This document shows, in pieces, positions 20,301 to 30,647 of a stretch of 48,775 bases of DNA. The position numbers and the translations under genes are program-made. Within the stretch, counting starts at the first letter, position 1, and every line of letters starts with the position of its first letter. The notes under the pieces are model-generated. The model did not search any database. It saw only the letters and a program-made list of their open reading frames with translations, and was not told the origin of the DNA. Origin of the DNA: Candidatus Kaiserbacteria bacterium (GTDB taxonomy: Bacteria > Patescibacteriota > Minisyncoccia > Phycocordibacterales > UBA2100); assembly GCA_028286865.1 (NCBI GenBank), contig JAQBQU010000008.1, forward strand, positions 1-48,775, in the 5' to 3' direction.

Positions 20301-22529
20301 TTACTGAAGCTTCACCGTCCCCGCCTGGATCTGCTGTATGAGCGGGTCTGCTTGTGCCGCGACCGTCGGATCCTGTTTCTTTGCAGCCTCAAGTGCCGCT
20401 ATGGCAAGCTGCTTGTTCCCCACTTGATACTCAAGTGCCGCAAGTGTGAAATACGCCTGCATATCGCTCGGTGTCGCACTGATATGTGCTTGCCAGATGG
20501 TGATCGCTTTCGCATATAGCTTTCGGCTGACGTACGCTCCAAGGATGCGTTGATCAGCAGCCGTATCGTTCGCGATCGCAGGAGCGAGCAGCTGGTCGGC
20601 GAGCGAGTCCTCTGCGAGCTGTATCGCCACGGTAGCGTACAGGAGTCGTGCCTGGGAATCGGACGTATCGAGTTCGAACGCCGTCTTGAATGCCGTCAGT
20701 GCTCCGGCATTATCCCCTCTCGCGAGTGCGGTCTGTCCGATCTGGAAGTAGATGGTCTGCTTGCGCGGCGACAATTCATGCGCTTTCTCGAGCGCAGCCG
20801 CAGCATTGGCCGCATCACCGAACGATGAATAGATGATGCCGAGGAATAGCGGAAACCGCGCGTCGAGGGGTGAATCCACCGCCTGCTGTTGCATCTCGGT
20901 GAGGGCAAGCTGATAGAACTGCTGCTTGGTGTCTGTCGCGATCGTCGTGGCAGCAGCTATCTGGGATGCCCCCTGCGCAAGCTGTTCGCGTACCTCCTGG
21001 GTCCCGAATGATCCATAGGCGCTCGCCTGTTTGAAGTAGGTGAGGTTGACCGACGGATTCGATTGCGGAGCAATTGCCTTGAGGAGGGTCATGTTCTGTG
21101 CGATCGCGTTGCCGTTAACCATCCAAAGCGCGCCGGCGGTAAGTATCGCAGCACCAAGTGCGGCATATGGGAGCATTTCGGAGTTCAGTATGTCATTGCT
21201 TGGGACCGCAGGGGCGGCTTCGTGCGAAGCACTGCGCCACGCGATGTATGCCAGGATCGTCCCGAACCATATGTAGCTGGTCACGTTGTCGAATACCGTG
21301 AGGTTGTGGATGAAATATCCCGCAAGCAGACCGGTGAGGATACTCCCCTCCGCTACAGAGAATGCGCGCGCTCCTTTCGTATCGCGGCGCCAGATCGCCC
21401 ACACGGTCACGAAAAATATCGAGAGGTACGCAAGAAGTCCGAGGGTGCCTCCTGCGATCCACCAATCGAAGATGATATTGTGCACACGGTCGAACCACGG
21501 CTCCTGCGCATACATGCGCGGGTCATAGTATTTGTCGAAGACGATCGCGTAATTCTCCTGACCCCAGCCGAAGACCGGGCGCTCTTTCACACCCTGAAGC
21601 GCGATACCCATATTGAGGAAGCGCGCATTGATCGTGTTATCACTCAGCGAGATGCTCGCCAGGCGATCAAGGAAGCCGATACTTTTAACCGCCGCGGTAT
21701 CCTTCGCGAGCTTCAAGCCCCCGCCGAGTACCGCAAGTACGATAAGCGTCACGACGGTGTAAGTGCGTACCTGCTTCGTCCCCTGAACGACCGCATATAT
21801 AAGCAGGGCAAGCACGCCGCCGCCGATAAGGCCGAGCATGGTACCGCGGGTACCTGTAAAGAAGAGTGCCGCCGTGTCGAGGACGATCACCGCTCCATAC
21901 CAATAAGAAAGTGCAGTGTTCTTGCCCTGCGGTGCCTGCCGCTGCTGCGCCCACAAAAGCGCGGCGACGAAGATATTGAAGAGCATGTATATCGCCAAGT
22001 AGATCGGATTGCCGAACGTGGCGTCAATGCGAGCGGAAAGTCCGGAGACACCGCCTTCGCCGAGCGCCACTTTGCCGAGTATCTGAAAGAGACCGTCTAC
22101 TGTGAGGAATACCGATATGACGAGAGAGAGCTGAAAGAGACGACGCCAGAGGAGTTCTGTTCTCATCACACTCGCGGCGACAACGGTGTACATGAGCAAA
22201 TGCCCGATCGTCACCCACCCGTCCATGCGTTCAAAGTTGCTCCAAAAGCTTTTGAACGGGTTCACGCCCTGCGCATCCGCTATCGCCATGATGAGCACGA
22301 AGATGGCAAACGCGCCGAGGATCCATGAACGCTGCGGGCGGTATTGTGAAGATACCAATGCCAGTGCGAGCCACGCACCCGTTATGATCTCCACGATGAT
22401 GCGGAAAGCGAAGTTCTTACCGGTAATGTAGGGAAAGAAGAGCGATGTCGTGACTAAAAGACAGACGAACGGGAGCAAGAATATGCCTCCGAGAACGATA
22501 TATCGCAGGGTCTTTTCGAGTGAATTCAT
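20301..22529 (-). CDS. O-antigen ligase (Wzy_C) family membrane protein with C-terminal TPRs
   Basis: About 12 TM segments; RIDATFGNPIYLA, TGTRG, RPVFGWGQENY, DRVHN motifs; helical TPR-like C-terminus. Confidence 0.88.
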   Translation of the reverse strand: MNSLEKTLRYIVLGGIFLLPFVCLLVTTSLFFPYITGKNFAFRIIVEIITGAWLALALVSSQYRPQRSWILGAFAIFVLIMAIADAQGVNPFKSFWSNFERMDGWVTIGHLLMYTVVAASVMRTELLWRRLFQLSLVISVFLTVDGLFQILGKVALGEGGVSGLSARIDATFGNPIYLAIYMLFNIFVAALLWAQQRQAPQGKNTALSYWYGAVIVLDTAALFFTGTRGTMLGLIGGGVLALLIYAVVQGTKQVRTYTVVTLIVLAVLGGGLKLAKDTAAVKSIGFLDRLASISLSDNTINARFLNMGIALQGVKERPVFGWGQENYAIVFDKYYDPRMYAQEPWFDRVHNIIFDWWIAGGTLGLLAYLSIFFVTVWAIWRRDTKGARAFSVAEGSILTGLLAGYFIHNLTVFDNVTSYIWFGTILAYIAWRSASHEAAPAVPSNDILNSEMLPYAALGAAILTAGALWMVNGNAIAQNMTLLKAIAPQSNPSVNLTYFKQASAYGSFGTQEVREQLAQGASQIAAATTIATDTKQQFYQLALTEMQQQAVDSPLDARFPLFLGIIYSSFGDAANAAAALEKAHELSPRKQTIYFQIGQTALARGDNAGALTAFKTAFELDTSDSQARLLYATVAIQLAEDSLADQLLAPAIANDTAADQRILGAYVSRKLYAKAITIWQAHISATPSDMQAYFTLAALEYQVGNKQLAIAALEAAKKQDPTVAAQADPLIQQIQAGTVKLQ

Positions 22530-22565
22530 GAACGCTATTCTATCACGGCACGCCTTCCGAGCCAG

Positions 22566-23045
22566 TTAGGCCTTTGATCGTTTGGAGGCCTGTTCGGAAC
22601 GCGCCTTTTCTATCAGCCACGAAGATGACTGCACCTTTCCGCCGCCGATGTTGAACACCATTCGTATGCCGAGCTCTTTGCAGATGGCCGATTCCGGAAT
22701 GTCGTTGGCGTTCTTGCGGTCCCCTCCGTTGGCGAAGACTGCAGGCTTAAGCGCTTTCAGCGCCTTAATGACGCTGCGATCTGTGTCCCCTGATGCATGC
22801 TTGGTGATATAGACCTTATCCACGAACGGAAATGCTCCGATGATCTCGGCTCGTTCTTTTTCCGGCATGAATGCCGATCCTTTCTTATCGCGAAGCCAAT
22901 TGTCGTTGTTGAGGATCACCACTAATTTATCGCCAAGCGACCGGGCTTTCTTGAACATCCGAAGATGCCCCACATGGATCGGGTCGAAGCCGCCGGAGAC
23001 GGCGACCCAGTGTATGTGACGCGCGGATCGATGTGTCTTTGCCAT
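22566..23045 (-). CDS. Cytidylyltransferase-like protein (TagD/RfaE-II/RibL family)
   Basis: SGGFDPIHVGH (HxGH motif), FANGGDR, KVQSSS. Confidence 0.88.
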   Translation of the reverse strand: MAKTHRSARHIHWVAVSGGFDPIHVGHLRMFKKARSLGDKLVVILNNDNWLRDKKGSAFMPEKERAEIIGAFPFVDKVYITKHASGDTDRSVIKALKALKPAVFANGGDRKNANDIPESAICKELGIRMVFNIGGGKVQSSSWLIEKARSEQASKRSKA

Positions 23046-23086
23046 AGGTGGAGCCAGTCTAGCAAGGGCAGTGCGAACGCGCTACG

Positions 23087-24379
23087 ATGAGCGACATGTT
23101 GAAGCGATTCAAATCCTCCGCCGTCGATCTCCTCCGCTGGAGTGAGAAGTATACGAAGACGGATATGGTCTATCTGGCCTCCGGCGGCTTTCTTTCCCTG
23201 TTATACCAAGGGTCGAGCCTCATCGCGGCCTTTGTCCTTGCAATAGCAATAGGTCATATCGTTCCCCAGGAAGTATACGGACAATACAAATATATCTTGT
23301 CGATAATCGGGATCGTTTCTCTCTTTTCTCTTAACGGATTGGGAACGGCCGTCATGCAATCGACGGCCCGCGGCTTCGACAGCTCACTCGAGAGCGGTTT
23401 CTGGATCAATTTGCGATGGAGCGCGTTCGCAACGATCGCGGCGGTGATCCTGGCCACGTATTACTTCTACGCCGGCAATATGGGACTCGCGATCGGGATC
23501 CTGATCGGCGGGTGTATGTCTCCTGTTCTCGCGAGTGCCAATCTTTACACCGCCTTTCTTGCCGGAAAGAAAGATTTCGTACGTCAGATCGGATACAGTA
23601 TCCTCGACAACATCATCCCCGTCGGAATATTCATACTGGTGATCTTCTTCACCAAGGATCCGACAGTACTTGTTGCCACGTACTTTCTCAGTAACGTCTT
23701 AGCTGCACTATTTTTTTACCGTCGCACCATCGCCTTATACCGCCCCGCACCCGGCAATATTGACCGCTCGATGCTTTCATACGGCAAGCACCTCAGTCTC
23801 ATGGGGATTATCGGGGGCATTGCGGATAATCTTGATCAGATACTGCTCTTTCATTATGTCGGAGCTGCTCAGCTCGCCATTTATAATTTCGCGACTGCGA
23901 TCCCCGATCAGATAAAAGGCCCTCTCAAGACAGTGAACGCAATGATCATGGCCCGCTTTAGCGGGGGTGATGTAAGAGAAATACGAGGTTCAATGTGGAA
24001 TAAGTTTCTCTGGCTGTTTCTTTTTACCTCGGTAGCAACTGTCCTATATGTCGTACTTGCACCGCTCGCATTCAGGATTCTATTCCCCGCATATGCACAG
24101 TCGGTATTCTATACGCAACTATATGCACTCTGGATGATAAGCGCCTCACTTGACCCTGCGAGCGTATACCTTATCGCAAAAAAGAAGATCCGCGATCAAT
24201 ACATCCTCAACGGTACACTCTCTATATTCCAGATCATCAGTATGGTAATAGGCGCCATCGGATGGGGCATTCTCGGGGTAGTGGTAGCCCGCCTCTTCTC
24301 AAAATGGGTATTCGCGATAGTGAGTTTCGTACTGTATCAGCGAGCCGTGCATCGGGACGACGTGGGCACGATCGCATGA
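23087..24379 (+). CDS. Wzx-type oligosaccharide flippase
   Basis: Multi-pass protein with EVYGQYKY, D.ILLFHYVGAAQLAIYNFA and LFPAYAQSV patterns; sits in a glycan locus. The start may be the second Met (23096). Confidence 0.85.
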   Translation: MSDMLKRFKSSAVDLLRWSEKYTKTDMVYLASGGFLSLLYQGSSLIAAFVLAIAIGHIVPQEVYGQYKYILSIIGIVSLFSLNGLGTAVMQSTARGFDSSLESGFWINLRWSAFATIAAVILATYYFYAGNMGLAIGILIGGCMSPVLASANLYTAFLAGKKDFVRQIGYSILDNIIPVGIFILVIFFTKDPTVLVATYFLSNVLAALFFYRRTIALYRPAPGNIDRSMLSYGKHLSLMGIIGGIADNLDQILLFHYVGAAQLAIYNFATAIPDQIKGPLKTVNAMIMARFSGGDVREIRGSMWNKFLWLFLFTSVATVLYVVLAPLAFRILFPAYAQSVFYTQLYALWMISASLDPASVYLIAKKKIRDQYILNGTLSIFQIISMVIGAIGWGILGVVVARLFSKWVFAIVSFVLYQRAVHRDDVGTIA

Positions 24380-24382
24380 ACA

Positions 24383-24901
24383 TCACTTTACGACCGTAAG
24401 CTCGACAACGAGCGATTTAACGATGTCCCAAAGAAAGCGTCTGAGCAATGAAACAAAGGGGATGAAGCGAGTACCTCGCGTATAGTAGTTGTACGATAAT
24501 CTAGTGACCTTAAAATTCATCTTGAGCTTATACTCCGGAAGCTTTTCGGCATCTATAAAGTCCCTGTCGAAATACTCGAACGTCCGCTCAGTGAAGAACG
24601 AGACATGCGTCGGATCTTTAAATGCAGCCGTCGATTTAAAATACGGAACTTTAATGTTCAGTTTCGCATTCGGCTTGCACACCCGATACAATTCCTCCAT
24701 AAGATCCGCCGTGTTCGGTATATGCTCGAGAATATAGCTTGCACGTACTTCTATCACACTGTTATCCGGCAGCGGTATCCCCTTACTGATATCGGCGACG
24801 ATATCAACGCTTGGCAGTGACACCCGATCAATGTTTATGAACCCCTCTATCTTTTCTTCACCACCCCCGAGATTTATCCGCAAATTATCCTTATGTTCCA
24901 T
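24383..24901 (-). CDS. Class I SAM-dependent methyltransferase
   Basis: INLGGG, ILEHIP..LMEELYRVCKP, DPTH. Confidence 0.85.
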   Translation of the reverse strand: MEHKDNLRINLGGGEEKIEGFINIDRVSLPSVDIVADISKGIPLPDNSVIEVRASYILEHIPNTADLMEELYRVCKPNAKLNIKVPYFKSTAAFKDPTHVSFFTERTFEYFDRDFIDAEKLPEYKLKMNFKVTRLSYNYYTRGTRFIPFVSLLRRFLWDIVKSLVVELTVVK

Positions 24902-24921
24902 AACGGGATTGTATCGTACGT

Positions 24922-25968
24922 TTAAGCCGCGCGGCCGATAATCGCCTGGAGCTTCGGCATGAACGATTTATAGGAAAATTCGGCTGCCATGTGCGCTCGT
25001 CCCGCAGCGCCGATACGGCGTCGATACTCTTCGTCTGTTATCAGCTTTTTGAACGCTCCGTACCATTCGTCTGGCGTATTCACCAGCAGCCCGTTCACTT
25101 CGTTCGTTACTACATACGGGTTCTCTCCCCAATCACTGAGGATCGTCGCGACCGCACAGCCCATATATTCCTTCGCCTTCCACGCATCTTTTCCTCGGTT
25201 CAGTTCCGTTTTCTGCAGCGGCATGACCCCGATATCAAACTGCTGTAAATACGCGACGACCGTTTTGGGCTCATTCCACGCGAGCGATGCGGTATATTCG
25301 ACGGTCAGACCCTTCACCGAGGTGATCAGTTCATGGATCTTATCGCCGCCTCCGAGCTGAACAAAAACCACCGCATGTCCGTCATTAACGATCCGCTGCA
25401 ATGGATCGAGCAGAAGCTTCATATTTTCATAGTGCCCCGGTGTTCCCGTCCATCCGATGCGAACCCGCGCGTCTCCTGTCCGCGAGGTCGCGGGCAGATA
25501 CACATCCTCAGTATCAATGGGTGCTGATATCACGTGAGCATTTTTATTGTACTTGAGCGCATATTCCTGGAGGAAATGGCTACCAACGATCACCGCATCA
25601 GCATTCTTGACCATAAGCCAGGTCTTGAAAGCGCGGTTGACCGAGCCGAGAAAGATCGCATCGTCGAAATCGAGGATGTACCCTCTCCTGAGGAACCAGC
25701 GCCGCAGGAGGACCAGGACCATGAAATCCGCTTGATCAGTCGTTTTATGAAGATACAGAATATCGGCCTTCTGGACGGAAAGGAGGAGTCGGACATTCCG
25801 AAGCAGTTCTGAAAAGCGCTCGCGCGTGAGGCTCCACCACGGACGCGTCTTTATGTGGAAAGATTCGGCATCGTATCCCTGAGTGCGCAGGTAGTCGGCC
25901 ACTAAATGAGCACGAGTACGTGAACTCGGGAGCAATCGGTCCCCTTTGGTGCAAAAAATGATCCTCAT
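24922..25968 (-). CDS. Glycosyltransferase family 4
   Basis: DFDDAIF, IGWTG, FDIGVMPL..K..EYMGC, VNGLLV. Confidence 0.88.
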   Translation of the reverse strand: MRIIFCTKGDRLLPSSRTRAHLVADYLRTQGYDAESFHIKTRPWWSLTRERFSELLRNVRLLLSVQKADILYLHKTTDQADFMVLVLLRRWFLRRGYILDFDDAIFLGSVNRAFKTWLMVKNADAVIVGSHFLQEYALKYNKNAHVISAPIDTEDVYLPATSRTGDARVRIGWTGTPGHYENMKLLLDPLQRIVNDGHAVVFVQLGGGDKIHELITSVKGLTVEYTASLAWNEPKTVVAYLQQFDIGVMPLQKTELNRGKDAWKAKEYMGCAVATILSDWGENPYVVTNEVNGLLVNTPDEWYGAFKKLITDEEYRRRIGAAGRAHMAAEFSYKSFMPKLQAIIGRAA

Positions 25969-27095
25969 GCCTTGAACGAGAGCAGCGCTGTCACGACTCG
26001 CCGCGCATCACCTACTGATAATTGAGGGTGTAGTGGGAGCAGTAAGATCTCAGGCCATACAGCTTCTGTTATGGGAGTGTCCTGTGCGGATCCGAATTTC
26101 TTATATCGGGGATGGTGATACAGAGGCTTATAGTGGACGCCCGTGGAAATACCTTTGTCTATAAGGTACGAAATGAGTGCCTCGCGATCGTACCCCTTTA
26201 ATAGTACGCAATAATTATGTGGCGATGTTTTTCGTCCGGGCAGCTGTACGACAGGGCGGATCGTTTTTGAATTCTTGAGAGCCGCATCATACACGGCAAT
26301 GATCTGGCGTCTTTTTTCGTTCATTGCATCGAGACGCTTCAACTGCACAATGCCGATAGCGGCATTGATATCATTCATATGATATTTGAATCCCCCTTCC
26401 TCATCAATATCATAATCCCATCGGTATCCGCCCGCAGTCACCCGCTCATGAGTCGATTTGTTGATCCCGCACCAACGAAGCGAACGTAATCGCTTGTTGA
26501 CGCTCGCGTCATTGGTCGTGATCATTCCGCCGTCTCCGGTCGTAAGATTCTTAACCGCCTGAAAGCTGAAGCAAGCGATATTCTCGCCGCCGCCGATCTT
26601 TTTTCCCTTGTAGGTTGAACCCATGGCATGGGCGGCGTCTTCAATTATCGGGATGCCGTGCTTCTTTCCGATCTTATTTATCTCATCCATGTCGCACGGC
26701 TGACCACCGTAGTGCACAACGATGATCGCCTTTGTTTTCTTTGTTATTTTTTTTTCGATGGACCGCGGATCAATATTAAGGGTCCGGGGATCAACGTCAG
26801 CAAAGACGGGGCGCGCGCCTACGATAAGCGCGGCTTCTGCAGTGGATGCGAACGTGAGCGCGGGAGTAATGACCTCATCACCCCGTTTCACATTAGAAAC
26901 GACCAGTGCCAGGTGCAGCGCCGCCGTTGCCGAATTAAGCCCGACAGCATGTTTTGTGCCGACATATATTGCGAACGCGAGTTCAAATTCTTCGGTCTTT
27001 GGCCCCAAGGTGATCCATCCGGAGCGGAGCGTTTTAGCGACCTCACGAACCTCTTCAGCTCCGATAAAGGGCTTAAAGAGTGAAATTTTCTTCAT
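25965..27095 (-). CDS. DegT/DnrJ/EryC1/StrS PLP-dependent sugar aminotransferase
   Basis: SGWITLGPK, NSATAALHLA, IIEDAAHA, FSFQAVKNLTTGDGGM. Confidence 0.93.
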   Translation of the reverse strand: MKKISLFKPFIGAEEVREVAKTLRSGWITLGPKTEEFELAFAIYVGTKHAVGLNSATAALHLALVVSNVKRGDEVITPALTFASTAEAALIVGARPVFADVDPRTLNIDPRSIEKKITKKTKAIIVVHYGGQPCDMDEINKIGKKHGIPIIEDAAHAMGSTYKGKKIGGGENIACFSFQAVKNLTTGDGGMITTNDASVNKRLRSLRWCGINKSTHERVTAGGYRWDYDIDEEGGFKYHMNDINAAIGIVQLKRLDAMNEKRRQIIAVYDAALKNSKTIRPVVQLPGRKTSPHNYCVLLKGYDREALISYLIDKGISTGVHYKPLYHHPRYKKFGSAQDTPITEAVWPEILLLPLHPQLSVGDARRVVTALLSFKA

Positions 27096-27136
27096 TGGTG
27101 GAATATAACATTCCTAAACCCTTCGAGAAAGGATAT

Positions 27137-27164
27137 TTGACATATTTAATTATTATAATATAAT
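27137..27164 (+). promoter_or_regulatory. Consensus sigma70 promoter TTGACA-16-TATAAT
   Basis: TTGACA at 27137-27142, TATAAT at 27159-27164, upstream of the GNAT gene. Confidence 0.8.
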
Positions 27165-27194
27165 ATGCATTGGTCCCCCACACAGGAGTGTCAC

Positions 27195-27689
27195 ATGCCT
27201 GGATCAGCACTGGTCCTCCGTTTAAGGAAGCCTACGATGTACGATGCCGATATCTTATTGGCATGGCGAAATGACCCGGAAGTGATCCGCTGGTCGCGTA
27301 TTCAAGCGCGCCAGGACGATCGAGAAGGACATCTCAACTGGCTGAGCAAGCGCCTCGACGATAAGCCGACGGAAATATTCCGCATGATCGAGACGACCGA
27401 CTGCGTACCGACAGGTCTCGTCTGGATGTCTCGCGACTCGGATGACGCGGTACCGGAGGTGCACTACCGCGTAGATCCGGCATGGCGCCGGCGTTATATC
27501 GCCTCTCGTGCGGTTCCGGATTTTGTGCGAGATTTCATACGACCGATCCGCAACGGCTCGTTCAAGTGCCCGATCTTTCGCGGCAATGTCCCGTCCGAAC
27601 GGATCGCCGAAAAGCTCGGACTCCATGCCGGACCGGCGTATCGAATGAGTGACACCGATACGCGCGTCCTCGTCGAGTGGGTCCAGTAG
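27195..27689 (+). CDS. GNAT N-acetyltransferase (RimJ/PseH-like)
   Basis: LRKPT..DADILLAWRNDPEV, HLNWL, NVPSERIAEKLG; AGGAG at 27184-27188 supports ATG 27195. Confidence 0.8.
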   Translation: MPGSALVLRLRKPTMYDADILLAWRNDPEVIRWSRIQARQDDREGHLNWLSKRLDDKPTEIFRMIETTDCVPTGLVWMSRDSDDAVPEVHYRVDPAWRRRYIASRAVPDFVRDFIRPIRNGSFKCPIFRGNVPSERIAEKLGLHAGPAYRMSDTDTRVLVEWVQ

Positions 27690-27706
27690 CTCTCGCTGAC
27701 GCATTG

Positions 27707-27738
27707 AAACAGGCTCCAAGATCGGGGCCTGTTTTTTT
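27707..27738. terminator. Terminator between convergent GNAT and rfbC genes
   Basis: AAACAGGCTCC-AAGATC-GGGGCCTGTTT followed by a T run. Confidence 0.75.
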
Positions 27739-28303
27739 AATACCGAAAGAGATCGGATTCGGCACGCTCACACCACTCGGTAAATGAGGGTGACAGCATA
27801 TTCTTTTCTGAGACAACAGGAGTATCCGTGATCGGCCAATCGATGCCGATCTGGTTATCGTCCCAAGCGATCTCCCCTTGCGCGTCCGGATTGTATACAG
27901 CCGAACATTTGTATTGCACTTCACACATATCGGTAAGCGTCTGAAAGCCTCGGGCGAATGAGGCGGGGGCGTAGAGCTGCTTCTTATTTTCTTCTGACGC
28001 CTCGATGCCGAACCACTTCCCGAGAGTCGGAGAACCTTTCCGCAAATCGACAGCGACAAGGAAGGCACTCCCCCGGGTCACCCTCATAAGTTTTGCCATA
28101 GGAGCGTCCCATTGAAAATGGAGGCCTCGTACCGTATTTCGTCGAACTGAGAGCGAATGATTGTCTTGAACGAATGTGTCCGCGATCCCGGCGGCCACGA
28201 ATTCGTCCCGACGGTACGTTTCCGCGAAGAACCCGCGCTCGTCGACATGTGCATCGGGGGTGATGACAAACACATCGCGCAACGGTGCCGATTCGAATCT
28301 CAT
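27737..28303 (-). CDS. rfbC: dTDP-4-dehydrorhamnose 3,5-epimerase
   Basis: DERGFFAE, FVQDNHSLS, RGLHFQ, AVDLRKGSPT.GKW, YKC...Y. The usual FAHGF reads FARGF. Confidence 0.92.
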   Translation of the reverse strand: MRFESAPLRDVFVITPDAHVDERGFFAETYRRDEFVAAGIADTFVQDNHSLSVRRNTVRGLHFQWDAPMAKLMRVTRGSAFLVAVDLRKGSPTLGKWFGIEASEENKKQLYAPASFARGFQTLTDMCEVQYKCSAVYNPDAQGEIAWDDNQIGIDWPITDTPVVSEKNMLSPSFTEWCERAESDLFRY

Positions 28304-29208
28304 ATCATTTCGAGGTATTCCTTCAGTCCTTCGTCGAAGGTATAGAGCGGTTTCCAGCCGAGTTCTGTTTTAATGCGTGTCGCATCCATCTGATATTTAA
28401 GGTCCATGCCTGGTCGGTTGCTCGGATAGGTATTTATTTTCTTATCCGTAACCTTCTCCGCGTGCTCTATAAGTTGGTGGACCGTCAGACCGTCGTTGAG
28501 CGTCAGGTTGTAGGTACGATTACCTTTCTCAAGGATGAGATCAATGGCGGGGGGGATATTTTTTACATAGATATACTCACGATAACCGAGGCCTTCGTTA
28601 TGCAACGGAATAGGCTCTCCGGTATGCAAGGAGTGTTTTATGAGCGGCATTATCTTTCGCGTATCCTGGCGCGGGCCGAAGACATTACAGAAACGAGTTT
28701 CCGCCGTCGTCTCGATCATCGACGGATACGTGCTGCCGTAGGTCAGTCGCATGAGTGATCCGGCCGCTTTCGAGCAGGCATACGGATTCTTCGGGAAAAG
28801 GATCTCTGTTTCTTTCTTCGGATGATCACATTCTCCGTATACTTCATCGGTCGAGACGTAGATAAACTTTTTCAACGACGGCAGGTCTCTGCACGCCTCG
28901 AACATGTTCGCATTCGCATTGATATTCTCGATGAGCGTTTTGAGTGGTTCTCTGATCGAATAGTCGACGTCAGACATCGCAGCCGCGTGAATGACATACT
29001 CCGGAGCCTCTTTTAGGACCAGGTCAATGACAGAACGGTCGCACACGTCCATTTTGTAGTATTTAAACGACCCGTCGATGATCTCAAGATGACTGCCGGC
29101 AGACTCATTATCGACAACAACGACATCCCAGCCCTTCTGAACAAAATACTCGGTGACATGCGAGAATATGAATCCCAGGCCGCCTGTTATCAGTAGTTTT
29201 GGTTTCAT
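28300..29208 (-). CDS. NDP-hexose 4,6-dehydratase, RmlB-like extended SDR
   Basis: TGGLGFIF, HAAAMSDVDYSI, VSTDEVYG, PYACSK, NVFGPRQ. Confidence 0.85.
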   Translation of the reverse strand: MKPKLLITGGLGFIFSHVTEYFVQKGWDVVVVDNESAGSHLEIIDGSFKYYKMDVCDRSVIDLVLKEAPEYVIHAAAMSDVDYSIREPLKTLIENINANANMFEACRDLPSLKKFIYVSTDEVYGECDHPKKETEILFPKNPYACSKAAGSLMRLTYGSTYPSMIETTAETRFCNVFGPRQDTRKIMPLIKHSLHTGEPIPLHNEGLGYREYIYVKNIPPAIDLILEKGNRTYNLTLNDGLTVHQLIEHAEKVTDKKINTYPSNRPGMDLKYQMDATRIKTELGWKPLYTFDEGLKEYLEMI

Positions 29209-29245
29209 ATATCCGAAGTCTATTCAAACACACTGATAAAGCAAG

Positions 29246-29878
29246 TTATTTGCGGACAGCGATATAAACACCTGTAGAAAGTATATTCGAATCGACGACC
29301 GATTTATTTATATCGCCGTACTCCTTTTTGATCAGTCCGTCTAGTTTACTAAAGATCCATGCGAGCGAATATAGAACGAGTTTACTCAATTTACCGCCAT
29401 GCAGGTCCGCTTGAAACCCGATACGCTGCATGAGCGCCGCTATAGTTGAAAAATCTCCGAGCTCCGCTCGCTCCTCAATGATCGTCCATTCCGAGAACAA
29501 CTTTCTTAGACCGTACTTGGTGAAGCGGAAATAATCCCCGGGACTATCATGTATGGGATATACGAAGCGCGTAGTAAGCACGAGCGTGCCTCCGGGCTTT
29601 AATACGCGCATGAGCTCCTGGGCCACGACATGCGGACGCTCTGTGTGTTCGAGCACTTCGGTGCACAAAACGTGCGAAAATTCATTGTCACCGAACGGCA
29701 GCGCGTGCGCATCGCCGACTATCTCGGGCTTTCGCCCGGGATCGACATCGATCGTAAGTCTGTTGGGAAAATAACGATCATACGACGAGCCCCCTGAACC
29801 GACGTCGAGAGTACGCTCCCCCGTGGCGTAACGTGAAATAAATGCTTCAAGATGCGGGCGAGTTAATTTTTTGAACAT
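29246..29878 (-). CDS. Class I SAM-dependent methyltransferase
   Basis: LDVGSG, GDAHALPF, EVLEH, RVLKPGG, HDSPGDYFRFT. Confidence 0.9.
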   Translation of the reverse strand: MFKKLTRPHLEAFISRYATGERTLDVGSGGSSYDRYFPNRLTIDVDPGRKPEIVGDAHALPFGDNEFSHVLCTEVLEHTERPHVVAQELMRVLKPGGTLVLTTRFVYPIHDSPGDYFRFTKYGLRKLFSEWTIIEERAELGDFSTIAALMQRIGFQADLHGGKLSKLVLYSLAWIFSKLDGLIKKEYGDINKSVVDSNILSTGVYIAVRK

Positions 29879-29882
29879 ATAA

Positions 29883-30635
29883 CTACTTGGAGCTCTGAGT
29901 ATCGAAATACTCTGCCCGTCCGATGCGACTCGAATTCCCGAAATAGGCCGATTCTTTTTTCTTGCCGATATACATGACCCCGTCGAGAATGAATATGAAC
30001 CTGCCGAGCCACCCGAACGGCTTCGGGTAAAGTGCGTTTAGTTCGATCGTATCAAATCCGGCGCGCTCAGCCATAAAGCGGACCGTGGACGGAGTAAATG
30101 CGTTCACATGATCTGAGTGGGTATGAGCAGTGAGATGACGCTTTAAGAAAGGTACGTGGCGCAAGTATCGCCACGGAGCGGGCGGTATTGTCGGCACCCA
30201 CATAAAAATCATTCCATTGGGCTCAAGAAGTGTCCAGAGCTTGCGCAAAAATATGTGCGGCGCATCGACATGTTCCAGTACGGCACAGCACCAGACGGCC
30301 TCGACTTTCGGTAGATCCGATAGGTCTGCCGTTATTACATCGCGCGTATATGCCGTCAGCCCGAGGTTTTGCGCGAATTCCGTGTATTCAGGAACGATAT
30401 CGACACCATAACTCTCTGCTCGAGACCAGACGAGGTTCATTCCGTATGAACAGCCGATATCGCAAAAGACCTTTTTGGTGAGTTGGTAGTTTTTATCAAC
30501 CGCCTTGAAGAGATACCGAGGACTTTTCCGAAACCACTTTTCATAGATCTCCAGGTTCTTTTCGGCAGATGGTCCTCCATGTTTGACGACATACTCTTTC
30601 AGATCTGACCCGTGTATGCCGTAGGGAAATTTCAT
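29883..30635 (-). CDS. Class I SAM-dependent methyltransferase
   Basis: CDIGCSYG, VLEHVDAP, LLEPNG, HVNAFT. Confidence 0.85.
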   Translation of the reverse strand: MKFPYGIHGSDLKEYVVKHGGPSAEKNLEIYEKWFRKSPRYLFKAVDKNYQLTKKVFCDIGCSYGMNLVWSRAESYGVDIVPEYTEFAQNLGLTAYTRDVITADLSDLPKVEAVWCCAVLEHVDAPHIFLRKLWTLLEPNGMIFMWVPTIPPAPWRYLRHVPFLKRHLTAHTHSDHVNAFTPSTVRFMAERAGFDTIELNALYPKPFGWLGRFIFILDGVMYIGKKKESAYFGNSSRIGRAEYFDTQSSK

Positions 30636-30647
30636 GCGGCAATCATA

